A DNA stretch of 62,835 nucleotides, counting the filler, from Syncephalis fuscata S228 (Eukaryota > Fungi > Zoopagomycota): assembly GCA_025786725.1 (NCBI GenBank). It is 5 parts of 5 records of this genome, joined end to end, with 100 filler letters (N's around TTAATTAATTAA, not from the genome) between each part and the next. Parts side by side here need not be neighbours in the genome. Positions count along the whole stretch, not along the records: positions 14,413 to 32,257 come from JAHLTZ010000189.1; positions 32,358 to 46,916 come from JAHLTZ010000230.1; 3 more parts are not named here. The stretch is one strand, 5' to 3'. This document shows positions 22,698 through 36,237 of this stretch, piece by piece (the stretch's first letter is position 1; the number at the start of each line of letters is the position of its first letter). Under the pieces are notes generated by a model that made no database searches, had not been told where the DNA came from, and saw only the letters and a program-made list of their open reading frames with translations. Position numbers and translations under genes: made by a program.

Positions 22698-24435
22698 ATG
22701 TTTTCTTTAGTTATGGCATTTCTACAGACCACTTGGGATTGGTTGACATTTACGTCGCGTGTACATTTAATACACCATCCTACAACCCTGCTATTAAAAT
22801 ATACTGACGAGGATAGTAATGAGTCAACTGCCACCGATACTACCAACGATACGTTGAACAAAGGTGATACACTTAAAAACTACTTATCTCCTCGGTGTCC
22901 GTCGTTATTTGGTCCCAAGGCTTTTTATCGTTCGACGCCATGGCTAGCCAATGGACATTTACAGACAGCATGGGCCGCATTTAACGACTTTAACGAGTGC
23001 CATAATATTGTTTATGACCGGTAATGAATAGTAGTTAAATAGATATTATATATATATATATATATACTAATGTAACTATTGTAATAGTGAAATGCTTAAT
23101 TTGCCCGATGGAGGTCAGATTGCTCTTGACTGGACACCAGCCCGTCCTACACCAGAGACAGCATCTATGCCAACATTCATTGTGGTTACTGGATTAACTG
23201 GTGGCAGTCAAGAGGCCTATGTACGCAGTCTACTTGAACGATTGACCGTAGTCGATCCCAATCATCCAGATCGTCAGCCTATTTGCCGTGGTGTTGTTAT
23301 GAACTTCCGTGGCTGTGGCAATACTAAATTAACTACACCACGCCTCTATTCTGGTGCATGGACCGATGATCTACGCTATTCTGTATCTTATATAAAAAAG
23401 AAGTGTCCAGATGCACCCCTTGGTGCGGCTGGCTTTTCACTAGGCTCGAATGTGCTAGTTAAGGTGCGTTGTATTGATATTAACTATATATACACATATA
23501 GCTAGATATTAATCATAATATATAGTATTTGGGCGAAGAGGGCGACAAGTGCGACTTTAAGTTTGCCATGTCTATTTCGAATCCATTTGATCTATTTCTG
23601 TAAGTTATAAGTGCCAATAGAGGAGTAAGCTTTAACCAATGAATTAGTGGATCGATTGTCTTGGAGCGTACATTCCTAGGTCGCAACGTTTATTCTCCTC
23701 AGCTATGCCGTAATCTACAACAGTTATATATAAAACACTATGACCAATTGAAGGATGATCATCGTTTAGACGCTGAGAAGATATTAAATGTAAATATTGG
23801 TATTTATAGTATTAATAGTATCATTGCTAACTGTAGTATGGTTAGGCAAAGATGTTACGTGAATTTGATCGTCATACAACCCGAGCCTCTTTTGATTATG
23901 ATACAGTTGATGATTATTATCGTGATGCATCTTCATCTCGTTGGATAACCCGAGTACGTGTGCCATTACTATGTTTAAATGCCAGCGATGATCCAGTCAC
24001 TTCAATAGAAAGTGCACCTTTAGATGAAGCCAAGTAAGTAGTGTGTATCATTTAGACGAGTGACATACTAATGATGTGTAGAATCAATCCATATGTTATT
24101 GTTGCTATGACATCTTGTGGTGGACATATTGGATGGTTTGAGAATATGTTTAATCCACGTCGATGGTGTGATAGACCATTGACCGAATTTGCCACTGCTA
24201 TGTTTTCTGTAAGTAGTTTAAATGATGTATTTGTATGTACATTAGCTAATCTGTAAATGAATTACAGCTTAATGCCACCTATGATACTACACAGGTTATT
24301 AAACCAGGTATACCACCACGTATGTTACCTGGTTCATTTTTAAATGCTGGTCCAGTTGGACTAACTGCCTCATCCACACTTATACCCACCTCTGATATTG
24401 TCAAAGATGATAGTAAATTAAGTGTTATGGCTTAG
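22698..24435 (+). CDS. Alpha/beta hydrolase family 4 (Eht1/Eeb1/ABHD1-3-like), multi-exon
   Basis: Motifs WLANGHLQT, DGGQIALDW, GLTGGSQEAYVR, NFRGC, GFSLGSN, LNASDDP, GGHIGWF. Confidence 0.9.
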
Positions 24436-24634
24436 TAATATCAGTTATAGTAAATAAAAATAGTTTATTTCATACACTTAATAAATAGCGTCTATTGTTT
24501 ATTAGTAAATATTAGTAACTAGATGACTGTATTGTGTTAAATGGATTGACTTTAATATTTATTTAATGTGATGACAGTGACAAAATGGATAATTCTATTT
24601 AAATACTTTTTTTTATTTTTACAATATTATAAGA

Positions 24635-26646
24635 ATGCCCAAGACTAAAAGTAAAAAGAGCAAGGCAAAGCGATCGACGCCTTCAAATACGCCAGAGTCT
24701 AAACAAGAGAATACACCTACTGTTACAACACCAGTAGAAGTAACGCCAGTAAAAACACCCACCAGTACGGTAGTCGAATCTAGTAATGAAAACAAAAAAC
24801 AAAACAAAAGCTCTAGTAAACGAAAGAGTAAAAAGAAGAATAAAGCTAGTAAAGGAGAACTAGTAACAACTACACCGGATAAACCATTAGAATCTACACC
24901 AGTTATTGAATTATTAACACCAAATCAACTTGACAATATTTATAATAATAGTAATAATAATGGTAAGTAATCCTGTAACTAGTGTTAATAGATTGATATG
25001 TAATAGTCCTTACTAACTATAATATAGAAACTATTAATGGCAGTATAGATAATGATAGAAATACAAATACAAATACAAATACCGACAAATCATTACATGG
25101 TATTGATATGGCAAAATCCATGGCTGTATTTGCATCTAAAGCCAAGAAATTACAATCAATAGGAAGACAGGCTATATCAACACTATCTATAGGAATAAGC
25201 CATAATATCAATCTTGTTAATAGTAGTGGTAGTAGCAGTAGTAGTGAGGATGAAGAGGATGGATTACAAGATCTAATAGCTGATGATGATCGAATGGATC
25301 CATTAGATAAACAAGATATACTTGCCAAACATAAGAAGAAAAAGAAAGAGAAAACAGTATTAGTAAATGAAGTATCTAATAATATTGCTACTATTGATGG
25401 TACAAATCTATTAGTACAACAATTAATGGATAAAGTAAATCAACTAGAAAATCAACTAAGCAATGCATCTAAATTACACCAAAGACTAAATCAACGTAAG
25501 AGAATACCGTGTATACTATACATAGTGTTAATATATTAATATATATCTATTAGATTTGACATGTAGTATATGTGTTGAACCATTAAATATGCCACATGTC
25601 ATTCAATGTGGTAAGTAGTTATATAGTACATCTATTAATTGTTAAAGAGTGAGTAGGACATGTTTACTGTCTGGATTGTCTACGCCATTGGTTCTCTCAA
25701 AGTAAATCGTGTCCTAGTTGTAGAAGACAATTGACTCGACGACCAGTACCTGTATTGATCCTACGTAATCTAATCGATGAATTACCAAAATATATGATAT
25801 CCAATGATCAACAACAACATAATATATTACAGTTATCAAATGAACGTCGAACTGCTTTGTTGGCCAGTCTATTGAAAAGTGATGATCCATGGAGTGATTG
25901 GTTTCCGGCAGAGACATCCCCTACAAGTGTCATTTTAGATGAAGAGGATGGTGTACAGTAAGTAGTTGTATTATAATCTATTAGTATATTAAGCAATACT
26001 CTATAGTCGGTGTCCTACTTGTGCCTGGGAAGTTGTTGGTCGTAGTTGTGTTAATTGTGGTCTAGTATTTCCACATCTAGATGATGTAGAAGAAGAATTG
26101 CCATTATCAGCTATGGAAGATAGTGACCATGAAGGGATTGAAGAACAACATAGTGAAAATTCATTTATATGTAGTGATGGACATGTATCTTATGAATCTG
26201 ATACAGGGGATGAAGTAGAAGAGGAAGTAGAAGAGGAAGAGGAAGAGGAAGAAAAATTTGAAGATTTTAGACAAAAAAGACTAATCAAAAAACATACGAT
26301 ACCAGTAATTAAATCAAATGAAGAAGAAGAAGAAGAAGAGGAAAAAGAAGAAAAAGAGTTAAAACAAAGAAAGAAACGTAATATATCAATCATTGAATCA
26401 AGTGATAATACAGATAATGATGATGATGATGATGATGATGATGAGGAATTACAAACACCTGTATTACGTAAAAGACATTTTAATAATAACCAGACTATTA
26501 TTAAAGGACGAAGAAGACAACAATTGCTAAGTGATACAGAAGATACACCAATGGAACAGTCAAGTGATGATACATCTGTTGTAATAGAGACTAGTAGGAA
26601 AGTAAAGAAGAGACGCACTCAACGGAAACACCGTAATAACAAATAA
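24635..26646 (+). CDS. RING-finger E3 ubiquitin ligase (Psh1-like architecture), multi-exon
   Basis: C3HC4 RING LTCSICVEPL...CGHVYCLDCLRHW...SCPSCR, a second Cys cluster RCPTCAWEVVGRSCVNCG and an acidic C-terminal region. Confidence 0.75.
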
Positions 26647-26801
26647 ATTAATAAATTAATAAATTAATAATAACATTCTGTATACAATAAATAGTGTAAT
26701 AGTCCATATATTATATTGAAGAACGGTGATGGTAGAGGGATAATAAAGCAGGTTATAGATATCATTTTGTCTTTTACTAGTTATTAGATAGACGGGACAG
26801 A

Positions 26802-27598
26802 TTAGAACCAGTAATAGCGTAGATAGACAACAAGGATCATAGCCAGTATGACTACAGCAGGTAGACCGTATTTACGATAGAGCATCTCTAAATTGAGTCG
26901 TTTTGCATCTCGTCGATATTGTGCCGATTGATCACGTAACGTGCTTGACATTGTGCTCATACCTGAAAATAGATAGTTAATAGATTAAATAAGTTAAATA
27001 GATTAAATAGATAGTTAATAGTTAATCTATGTTATACTTACGATCTAAACTATCACCACGCCATAGTAAATCTTCCATATTCTTTGTCATAATTCGATGT
27101 ACATCTTGTAAATCTTCATTTAATTTAGTCAAATTACTTTGAGCACGTGTATCTTGATAAAGACGCTTTGTTTTTTGCATAAATGTATCTATATACATAT
27201 ATGTATATATATAAAGTGTTAATTAATATATAATTACTATATAGCTACTTACCAAACTTGATAAAAGCATAGGGACGCAGTCCTTGTTTCTGGGCTTCAG
27301 CGCCATAGCTTGCATCAAACTCTTTCGACAATTCATCCAAATAAGAGAAGGCTAGTTTACGTGGATAGGAGCGATCACACACACATAAGTAACAAATACC
27401 ATTATTGATAAGATAGTGGAAGGTAAATGTGTTGGCCTCAACAGAACAACGTGGTTCTGAATTAGGCGTCAATTTACGAAAGAGAATCTTGGCCTGCGAT
27501 TTGGCTTCTGTCAATTCTGATTCCGATTGTTCATCGTCAACTGATGCTGCCAATGGTAATGCATCAGCTACACGAGCAATAATAGTAGTGCGCACCAT
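26802..27598 (-). CDS. SEC22: Longin R-SNARE Sec22, 2 introns
   Basis: MVRTTIIARVADALPLAASVDD, YPRKLAFSYL, RPYAFIKF, NMEDLLWRGDSLD and a C-terminal TM. Confidence 0.96.
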
Positions 27599-27831
27599 AG
27601 TTATCAGTAATGAGTAGATGAATTAGAACAGTGATGGTGTGTGTGTGTGTAGTGAAGAGAGAGAGAGAGAAGTAAAGAAGTAAAGAAATAGAAAGGGAAT
27701 AAAGAATACCATGAAAGGAAATACTGCCACGTCAGAGATTAATTTAGAATCATCATTATTATTATTTGATGGATCCATTTATAATAATAATCATAATAAT
27801 AATAAAGGTTATTTGGTTATTGTTATTCATC

Positions 27832-29311
27832 ATGTCGACTGCATCAGTTAAGTCGTCTACTTCTACTACTTCTACTACTACTTCTACTAGTCAAGGGTAT
27901 ATAAATAGGTTAGGTGATCACTTTACTTTCCGTAATACATTATGGGTAGCTATTATTCTACGCACTGTATTACTGATCTATGGCGAGTGGCAAGATGCCA
28001 CTATGACCGTTAAATACACGGATATTGATTATCGTGTCTTTACCGATGCTGCTCGTTTCTGTGCAGAAGGTGGTTCGCCGTATGAACGGGCCACCTATCG
28101 CTATACACCACTACTTGCTCTACTACTTACACCTAATATATGGTTACATATGACATTTGGCAAAGTGTTGTTTGTAGTGGGTGATTTGATGGCCGGATGG
28201 CTTATTCAACAACTATTGACCCTAAGAGGTGTGCCCTCCTCTATGGCGGTTAAATACAGTGCACTCTGGTTACTTAATCCATTTGTCGCTACCATATCGA
28301 CTAGGGGCAATGCCGAGTCACTTTTAGGGGCACTCGTACTATTGACCCTTTATTATTTAACTGTGAAGCGTATTGATGCAGCGGCTATCATATTTGGTAT
28401 TGCCGTACAGTTGAAGTTCTATCCAATTATCTATGCCCTGCCATTTTGGTGTTTTATCGATAATGATTACACGGGTCGTTCATCAGGACCAACGCGTTCT
28501 CAAACGATAAAACAGCGTTTACATCAATTTATACTCAGTGGACCACGACTACGATTTGGTTTGATAGCCGGTGGGGTATTCCTTGGTCTATCTATGGCTA
28601 TGTATGCCTTGTAAGTAATTATAGCCATACCGACTAGTTCTAATTATAGTATAGATATGGATGGGACTATCTAGAACATACCTATCTATACCATGTCACA
28701 CGTCGTGATCATCGACATAACTTTTCTGTATGGTTCTACAATATGTATCTTGGTTCTTATAGTGAAGAGGGTGCACCTAAATTACTGGCTTTCTTGCCTC
28801 AATTACTGCCGGTTATTTGTTTGGGTGCAGTCTATGCTAAAGATCCAGCATTTGCGCTATTTACTCAAACATTTGCATTTGTAGCCTTTAATAAGGTGTG
28901 CACGTCACAGGTAATTGGAATAGCTAGTATAACTATAGATAATTAATATAGATGTAGTATTTTATGTGGTATCTATGTCTATTACCACTGGTACTGGCCA
29001 GTAGTCGTATGCAGTTTTGGTGGCGTGGTATTACACTTATTATCACTTGGGTCATTACACAGGTAGATATTAATTACGATGACCAGTATTGATTACAATA
29101 ATTAACCATATAATAGGGGCTATGGCTTAATTATGCCTATCAATTGGAATTTCTTGGACAGAATACATTCTATGCACTATGGCTAGCTGGACTATCATTC
29201 TTTATGGCTAATGTGTGGATATTGGTTGAAATGATCCAATGGCATGACTATAGTGCGTGGTTCTACCAAGGACAGTTACGTCGTGTACAATCCATAAAGT
29301 TAAAGAATTAA
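27832..29311 (+). CDS. GPI14: GPI mannosyltransferase I (PIG-M), multi-exon
   Basis: Motifs KYTDIDYRVFTDAA, YERATYRYTPLL, ISTRGNAES, RDHRHNFS, NKVCTSQYFMWY. Confidence 0.95.
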
Positions 29312-29320
29312 TGGCATTTA

Positions 29321-30444
29321 TTATAATGCTTTATAAAGACCTGCTGTCTCTATATACTCGATGACTGGATCAGGCAATAAATATTTTATCGATAGACCTC
29401 GTCGTAATAGTAATCTATAGATAGGCGATGAATATGATGATGGTCTTTATTTACTTCTTACCTAATCTTTGTTGAACTAACATCGTTCTGTACCACTTGT
29501 TTAACAATATGTATATTATTCTATCCAGTTATTAGTATTATAGGTATAAATGAACTATGAATAGATAGTTACCTGATGTTTATATAGAATATCATGATTT
29601 AATATGATTTGCCATAAATCAGAACCATCTCGTTCCACAACCACACAACCAAATTGACCCAGAATAGTATGCATCTAATATAATTGGTATATATAATTAG
29701 TATATATAATTAGTATATATTCATATATATATGAATATAAATATAAACTTACATCAGGTACTGACCATAGATTAGGTACATTCATCGAATCTATTAAATC
29801 AGCACCAGCTAGTAACATTACTCTAATGGGTCGCTTCTTTGTATTTGTTAATGTATCGACCAATACACCTCCATCTTTATTTAGACATCTATTGAATCGT
29901 TCTAATACACGGGCACTGGGTAGATGATCTGGTTGTTGTGACTCCCAACGATCTACACTGATCCAATTGGATGTATCATTATTGACGGCCAATTCACACA
30001 TATTGATACGATCTACAGCAGATGCTAGATACTTTTTACCATACGCATCGTTGACGGGTGAGATATAACCAGCAAGTACTTCATACTTGTTAGTAGTATG
30101 TAAATAGTCACGAGATATTTCTATTAATAATAGTTGTATATATTATAGATATATTATAATATGAATAGATGATGGATGAATAGTTACCAAATAGACGTAG
30201 ATGAAGATAAGTTATAGGTGAAAATGAGCCACAGGCTAATAAAACAATAGGTTCTTTTGTTCCATCTAATTATAATAATATTAATGTATAAATGATTAAT
30301 GTTTTTATTAATGTTTCTATTAATGTTTCTATTAATGTTACCTTGTAAAGTAGTCTTTAATTTCTGGCGTGGAATATCGCCATCACCTTCTAATACACCC
30401 AAAGTATTTGGTGTATTATGAATTGTACTAGTTACTTTACTCAT
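29321..30444 (-). CDS. NMA1: Nicotinamide mononucleotide adenylyltransferase, multi-exon
   Basis: Motifs ACGSFSPITYLHLRLFE, SPVNDAYGK, VDRWES, LLAGADLI, NDVSSTKIR, YLLPDPVIEYI. Confidence 0.93.
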
Positions 30445-30699
30445 TGTATCTATTGAATAGAATCACTATAAAGTATATATATATAGTTGGTATATAGTTG
30501 GTATATAAACGTGTCAATAGATAGACAAATAGAAAGCGTAGACTTACAGAAGAAAACAAGTCGGTGTTGTTTGATGAGTAATCCAATATATAATTTATAT
30601 TATATCTATTAGGGTGTATAAGCCTCTTCTATTACTTTTCGCTTTTGCATTCCTTTCTATCCTTACCGCATTATTTGTCATCTAGTCTATTTGTTAAGT

Positions 30700-31768
30700 A
30701 TGTTAAATGAGTTGAATACAGTGAGTAATAGTGAGGATTCAGTTAATGAATCACGGCGTTTAACGTCTCACTCTTCATCTTCTTCATTATCTTCGGTCTA
30801 TTCTTCTTCGTCTGAAGTCATTGATCTTGACGATATTACGGTTGCTACTACTACACCAGAAAATACAACAACAGAAAATACAATAAATACAATAAACTAC
30901 AACCACTGCTACTTCAGTCATTGCTGCATCTACAACTACTCGGTCAGAATTATTACCAAGTGTAACTTCTACTGTGACCACTTCATCAATTTCTACAAAT
31001 ACTACTACATCGACTATTAATTCAACTAATACTGGTGCATCTATAACCACCCAAAATGTTACTAAAAAGGAACCATTTACTGCACCACCATCTATAAATC
31101 AATCACGATCTAGTCTATTAAAGCCATGTAAGTTTGTATAATTTATAAATAATGATAATGGCTAATAGATATGAATTAGCTATTCCTGCACCTGCCTTTC
31201 CATCTTTAAATAGTCCACAAAGATCGGCCGGAGATAGGTTGGGGAGTAAACCGCTAAACGACTTATTAAAGTGCCATTGGAACCTGGCATTCGGCATTAG
31301 ACTGGGCCGTCTTAAATCATCTGGTAAAGATTTACGAGTAAGTTATAATACACATATATATGTATATGTATATGTATCGGTTAATGTTTATTAATGGATG
31401 AATAGGGCGTCGCTCAACTTGGACGGTATACCCTGGCTGATGTTCGTCAACACCGTACTGAATCTGACTGTTGGTGTGTACTTCATGGCAAAGTATATAA
31501 CATTACAAGTTATATTCCATTCCATCCTGGAGGTAAGTAAAATAAGATGGATATTAATCATGTTAATCATATAATTAGGTAAACGTGATTTAATAGCTAT
31601 TGCTGGTAAAGATGCCACCAAGTTATTTAGTAAGTTAAATGGTAGATAAATAGTCATTATAATTTATTGATTATGGTATAATATGATATAGTGGAGACAC
31701 ATGGATGGGTCAATGCTGATATGATGTTGGATCAGTGTTTAGTTGGATTTCTAGTTAGAGATCATTGA
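30700..31768 (+). CDS. Cytochrome b5-like heme-binding protein (Irc21/CYB5R4 N-terminal type) with S/T-rich N-terminus; indel errors
   Basis: Spliced C-terminus QHRTESDCWCVLHGKVYNITSYIPFHPGG...AGKDATKLFMETHGWVN...LVGFL, preceded by VPLEPG...LDW. Confidence 0.82.
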
Positions 31769-31876
31769 TTAGATTGATGTAGTTTTTATTCTATTAGATA
31801 TTAAATAAACATTGTTATTTATTTATTTTTCTTATAATTTTCTTTCTTTTTGTGTGCGTATTTTTGTTATTTGACT

Positions 31877-32228
31877 ATGAATGAAGCAACGGCTACTACA
31901 TTTGTACGATCACTTTATCGTCAGTTATGGCGGGCATGTAAACCAGCAGCAGATCACCGTTCTAGTGGTATTCGTGTTCTACAAGGCCATGTACGCCATT
32001 CATTCCGTGAAACGCGTGATGTAACTGATCCCATTACCCGTGAGGCACTACTAGAACGAGGTAATAGATACTGGATAGTTTAAAAGTGATGTAATAATGA
32101 ATTAATGTTATTTAGGTGAAAACACACTAAAGTTTTTACAATCGGCAGCCCATAAAAATAGTACAGAACAGCAACTAGTAGCCAATCTTATTTCCATTAA
32201 CATCTATCGTAATAAATATAGTGAGCGG
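31877..32228 (+). CDS. Small LYR-motif-like protein, truncated by gap
   Basis: VRSLYRQLWRAC...VRHSFRE followed by a spliced second exon; runs into the N-spacer. Confidence 0.6.
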
Positions 32229-32257
32229 TAAGATAATAGTTATAATATAGTTGTATA

Positions 32258-32357
32258 NNNNNNNNNNNNNNNNNNNNNNNNNNNNNNNNNNNNNNNNNNN
32301 NTTAATTAATTAANNNNNNNNNNNNNNNNNNNNNNNNNNNNNNNNNNNNNNNNNNNN
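32258..32357. other. Assembly spacer (N run with TTAATTAATTAA)
   Basis: Same 100-nt spacer design. Confidence 0.97.
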
Positions 32358-32799
32358 TCACTTTTTAAGAATAAAAACAATTTATAGCATACAAGTATAG
32401 TTGGCAAATTGTAGGACATAATGTATAGAAGGTGCGATTTTGATAAAATGGGATAGTTGGTTGACTACATGAAACACGAAAGTAAGAGCCATTAAGGACA
32501 GGTGTGTTTTAGCATGGTGTGCTTGGAGATGTGTTTATTCATCATTCAAGACCTAAAAAAGAACACCCCTGGTCATGGTATAATCATGAAACATATTTTA
32601 GCATTTGCAATATAATACTGAATATAAATACTCGGCTTCTATGGTCAATGGTTGATTCAGCATCAAAGCAACAGCTTCTGCAACAAATACGCCATATCTT
32701 TACGCCATTATCTTACGCCATTGATTACAGCTAGTCTGATCAACCAACTAAACTCACCACTGTTACGCACAACGTTTAAAACTTACGAACATTATCATC

Positions 32800-33285
32800 A
32801 TGCAATTCCTCACTACTCTTGTTATGATTACTGCATTCGTCGCTAGTGCGATCGAAGTAAGCGCCGGTCCGGTTAGCTTCGATCCAACAAAGATGATTTG
32901 CCTGGTTAACAAATTCCGCGCTGGAAAAAAGCTTCCACCATTTGCAGTTTATGTCGGCCTAAACAAGGCTGCACAGGACCATAGTGCACTCCAAGCCCGT
33001 AATAATCAGATGAGCCATTCGTTTGCTGGTGAGCCTGGTTTAATGCAGCGCTGCTCTGCCAGTGGTGGCGGATGGAACAGTGCAAGCGAGAACATCGCAA
33101 GCGGACAGACATCTATGGAGCAAGTCATGAACAGCTGGATCAACTCACCTGGTCATCTCAGGAATTTACTAAGCGATGCTACGCATTTCGGCAGTGGCAT
33201 GGCTTTAGGCAGCAACGGTCGAACTTACTGGACACAAAACTTTGGTCGCAATGTTAGACTACCAAAGGACCTCCCAAAATGCTAA
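32800..33285 (+). CDS. Secreted CAP/SCP (PR-1-like) domain protein, intronless
   Basis: Signal peptide followed by CLVNKFRA, LNKAAQDHS, MSH, ENIASG, WINSPGHLRNLL, YWTQNFG. Confidence 0.93.
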   Translation: MQFLTTLVMITAFVASAIEVSAGPVSFDPTKMICLVNKFRAGKKLPPFAVYVGLNKAAQDHSALQARNNQMSHSFAGEPGLMQRCSASGGGWNSASENIASGQTSMEQVMNSWINSPGHLRNLLSDATHFGSGMALGSNGRTYWTQNFGRNVRLPKDLPKC

Positions 33286-35356
33286 ACAAGCAACGACCTA
33301 CAATTGAAATAGAATAATGGATAACATTAGAACTAGACCAGCATCAAGAGTTTTAATTAATAAAAGTTATTTTATTACAATCCATCGTCTTTAGTTTACT
33401 AATTTACTCATGAATTTGAGTCAGACTAAACAGTTTATATTTAAAAGGTTGTCATTGTTAATGTAGATACAATCAAATAGCATAATCTATTTTGAAAAAA
33501 ATTGCTGTTGATGTTGGCACTATTAGCGCAAATTGATTATTTGTTTGTCTAATGACTCTAGTATATTATAAGTGATTAGTTTAGACAAGTTTAAAATGTC
33601 ATAAACTCAACAGCATTGTATTTAGTTTATTGCTTTTAATGAACAAAATAAATGCAGAATAGCAATGGATTATCATTTATAAATAAATGTCACAAATAAA
33701 TAATAGTGTCAGCGATATATACTTGGATGTTCTGTACTGCACCATTAACACAGTGCATTATTTAATACGATTGCTCACACATTTACAACTAGCAAGTATT
33801 TATTGATCATATGATCGTAATTGCTGTTTTTATTGTTAGTAATTGCTATCGATATTTGATATATATATTATTGTCCATTCACATACGATGTTAACAATTA
33901 GTTTAATAACACGGTTTATCCAATAGTCACATCGTCATAGCAATACAAACATAACATCAAAATGGTAGCATTACGATAAGATATTTTATTGAAAATGGCC
34001 ATTGTTTTTAACTTTTGAAATCACAGTTGTTTAGCTTTGTCATTAAAATCACTATGTTTGACTAGGATAGAATGGCATTACCATAGTGGATAGGATATAG
34101 AGCATAAGTATAATGGTTATGATGCTGTTTATTAGTTTTATTTTATTATGTGTTAAGTTTAATTTATTTTAAAAGCTTCTATTGTTTGAATCAAAGTATA
34201 ATAGTATGATTATAGCAGATAATGTAATGTTTACTTTTGAATCTACACGGCCAAACAATTGTAAGAGTAATAGCTTAGCGATGAACAGATAGAATGAGGT
34301 AGATTACTAAGCAACTGAATAAAAACATGGCATTTCATTTGACGATAAGTGTAAAACAGTCTTTTTGGAATGTACGCCATAAATACACGGTAAATTGTAT
34401 GATTTTGTTTATGCTTGTTGGGCATGTTTTATTGAATAAAAACATAGCAATGTTTGTTTGATAAATAAAAAGTGATACGTTTCCAATATAAACTAGTAGG
34501 ATATGTTGCAAAAAGAATAACCTGCAACAATCCATCATAAACACTGGCACCAGCCACAATATTGGATCAGGAAAGGCAGTGTAAAAACAAAAAGGCTAAT
34601 ATAGCGCCTCAAAAACAACAATGCTTAGAAAAAAGTACTGATGAGTGAGATTGTTCGGGTTGGAAAAGAGCAAAGAATAAGACAATCAGCGGAGAGGGAA
34701 CAGGACATACAGCTAATACAGCAATCATGTTGCCAAAGTCATTGCATGCTTTAGTTTTGCTATAGATTGCCACTATGAATCGTGCTAACAGCAGCCTGTA
34801 CCGTCTCGACAGTAGCAAACCACACTGCCTTTGTTGAGATTGCAAAGCTGTTGTCAGATGACCTGTAATGGCGACCCATAGCAAAACAAAGCATACAACG
34901 AGATTTGCACGGTGCATATTCAACATAGCATAAACAAAGCCAGAAATGCACTTAACGTGCCAATAAAGATGCCAATATCAATGATTGAAGTGAAAAGATG
35001 CTTTGTAAATATGTAAGATTACAAAAGAGCAATGCAAGGACATAAAGTAAATAGCATATATAGAGTGTACAAGTATATGCAATGTATATATGCTATCAAG
35101 TGTAAAGAAAGAGAAAGAGAAATGTGATGACGTAGATTGTGAGATGTGAGCTTGTCAGTCAATATTTATAAACAGCCGAGTTTAATTGATTAATAAATGG
35201 AGTGTGAAATAATAAAAGTCGATCTACCCAGCATTTGATAAATCATAGAACAGATTAATAGTAAATGATGACTATTCTATATAGTTGTCATTCTTTTCAC
35301 TCCATCATCTTGCTCTCTACAATTCTTAGACTTTAATTGTTTACACTATCATCACA

Positions 35357-36207
35357 ATGGGTATTATGTTAACAAAGCTGTGGCGTTTATGGACAAGCGG
35401 TCAAAAACATAAGATTATTATTATTGGTCTGGACAATGCCGGCAAAACAACACTTCTATACCGACTGTAAGCTACTGTTGATTGAAGCTACGTTTACTAA
35501 CGTTTACTACTTAAAGCTTGCTTAAACAGACTGTAACCACTTCACCCACTATTGGAAGTAACGTAGAAGTAAGTATTATAGAAGAATAAGCGCAAAACAG
35601 CTAATGCTTTGTTTAGGAAATTACTTATAAAAACATTCAATTTGTTATGTGGGATCTGGGTGGACAAGAGTCTTTACGCGCTTCATGGTCCACCTATTTT
35701 GATAGTGCAGGTGTAAGTAATTGATAGAACTAGTAAGGTGTCACTAAGCAAAAAAATATTTAGGCGGTAGTCATGGTGGTGGATAGCATGGATAAGAAAC
35801 GAATGCCAGCTGTACGTGATGAATTGCACCGACTTGTGGCACAAGAGGCAATTTTAAGTAACATAAAACGATTATTTGCCTAACTATCATTGCAGAGTGT
35901 ACAGGGTGCATGTATATTAGTGTTGCTAATAAGCAAGACTTGGAAGGGGCATTAACTGCTGCTCAAGTATCGGAGGCTCTAGATCTTACTAGCCTTAAAG
36001 AGCACCCATGGCAGATCCAGGTAAGCAGTTATGACCCATATAAAACAATGGCATAATTACTTATGTATACACCACTAGGCATGTTCTGCCATCAAAGGCG
36101 AAGGATTACACGAGGGACTTGACTGGATTGTTAATCAACTAACTGGACATAGCGACAGTGACAATACTGGTGACCTTAAGGGAAAAGCCAGTGCTACTTC
36201 TTTTTAA
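35357..36207 (+). CDS. ARL5: ARF-like small GTPase, ARL5-type, multi-exon
   Basis: [55 protein letters not shown]; NKQD needs a 1-nt correction near 35924. Confidence 0.85.
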
Positions 36208-36237
36208 AAAAACATTTACATTTTTTATTATTATTTC

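Noticed and set aside
34335-34980. Hydrophobic minus-strand ORFs as a membrane-protein gene
   Set aside because: Fragmented across frames with no recognisable motif. It may be a decayed gene but cannot be supported.
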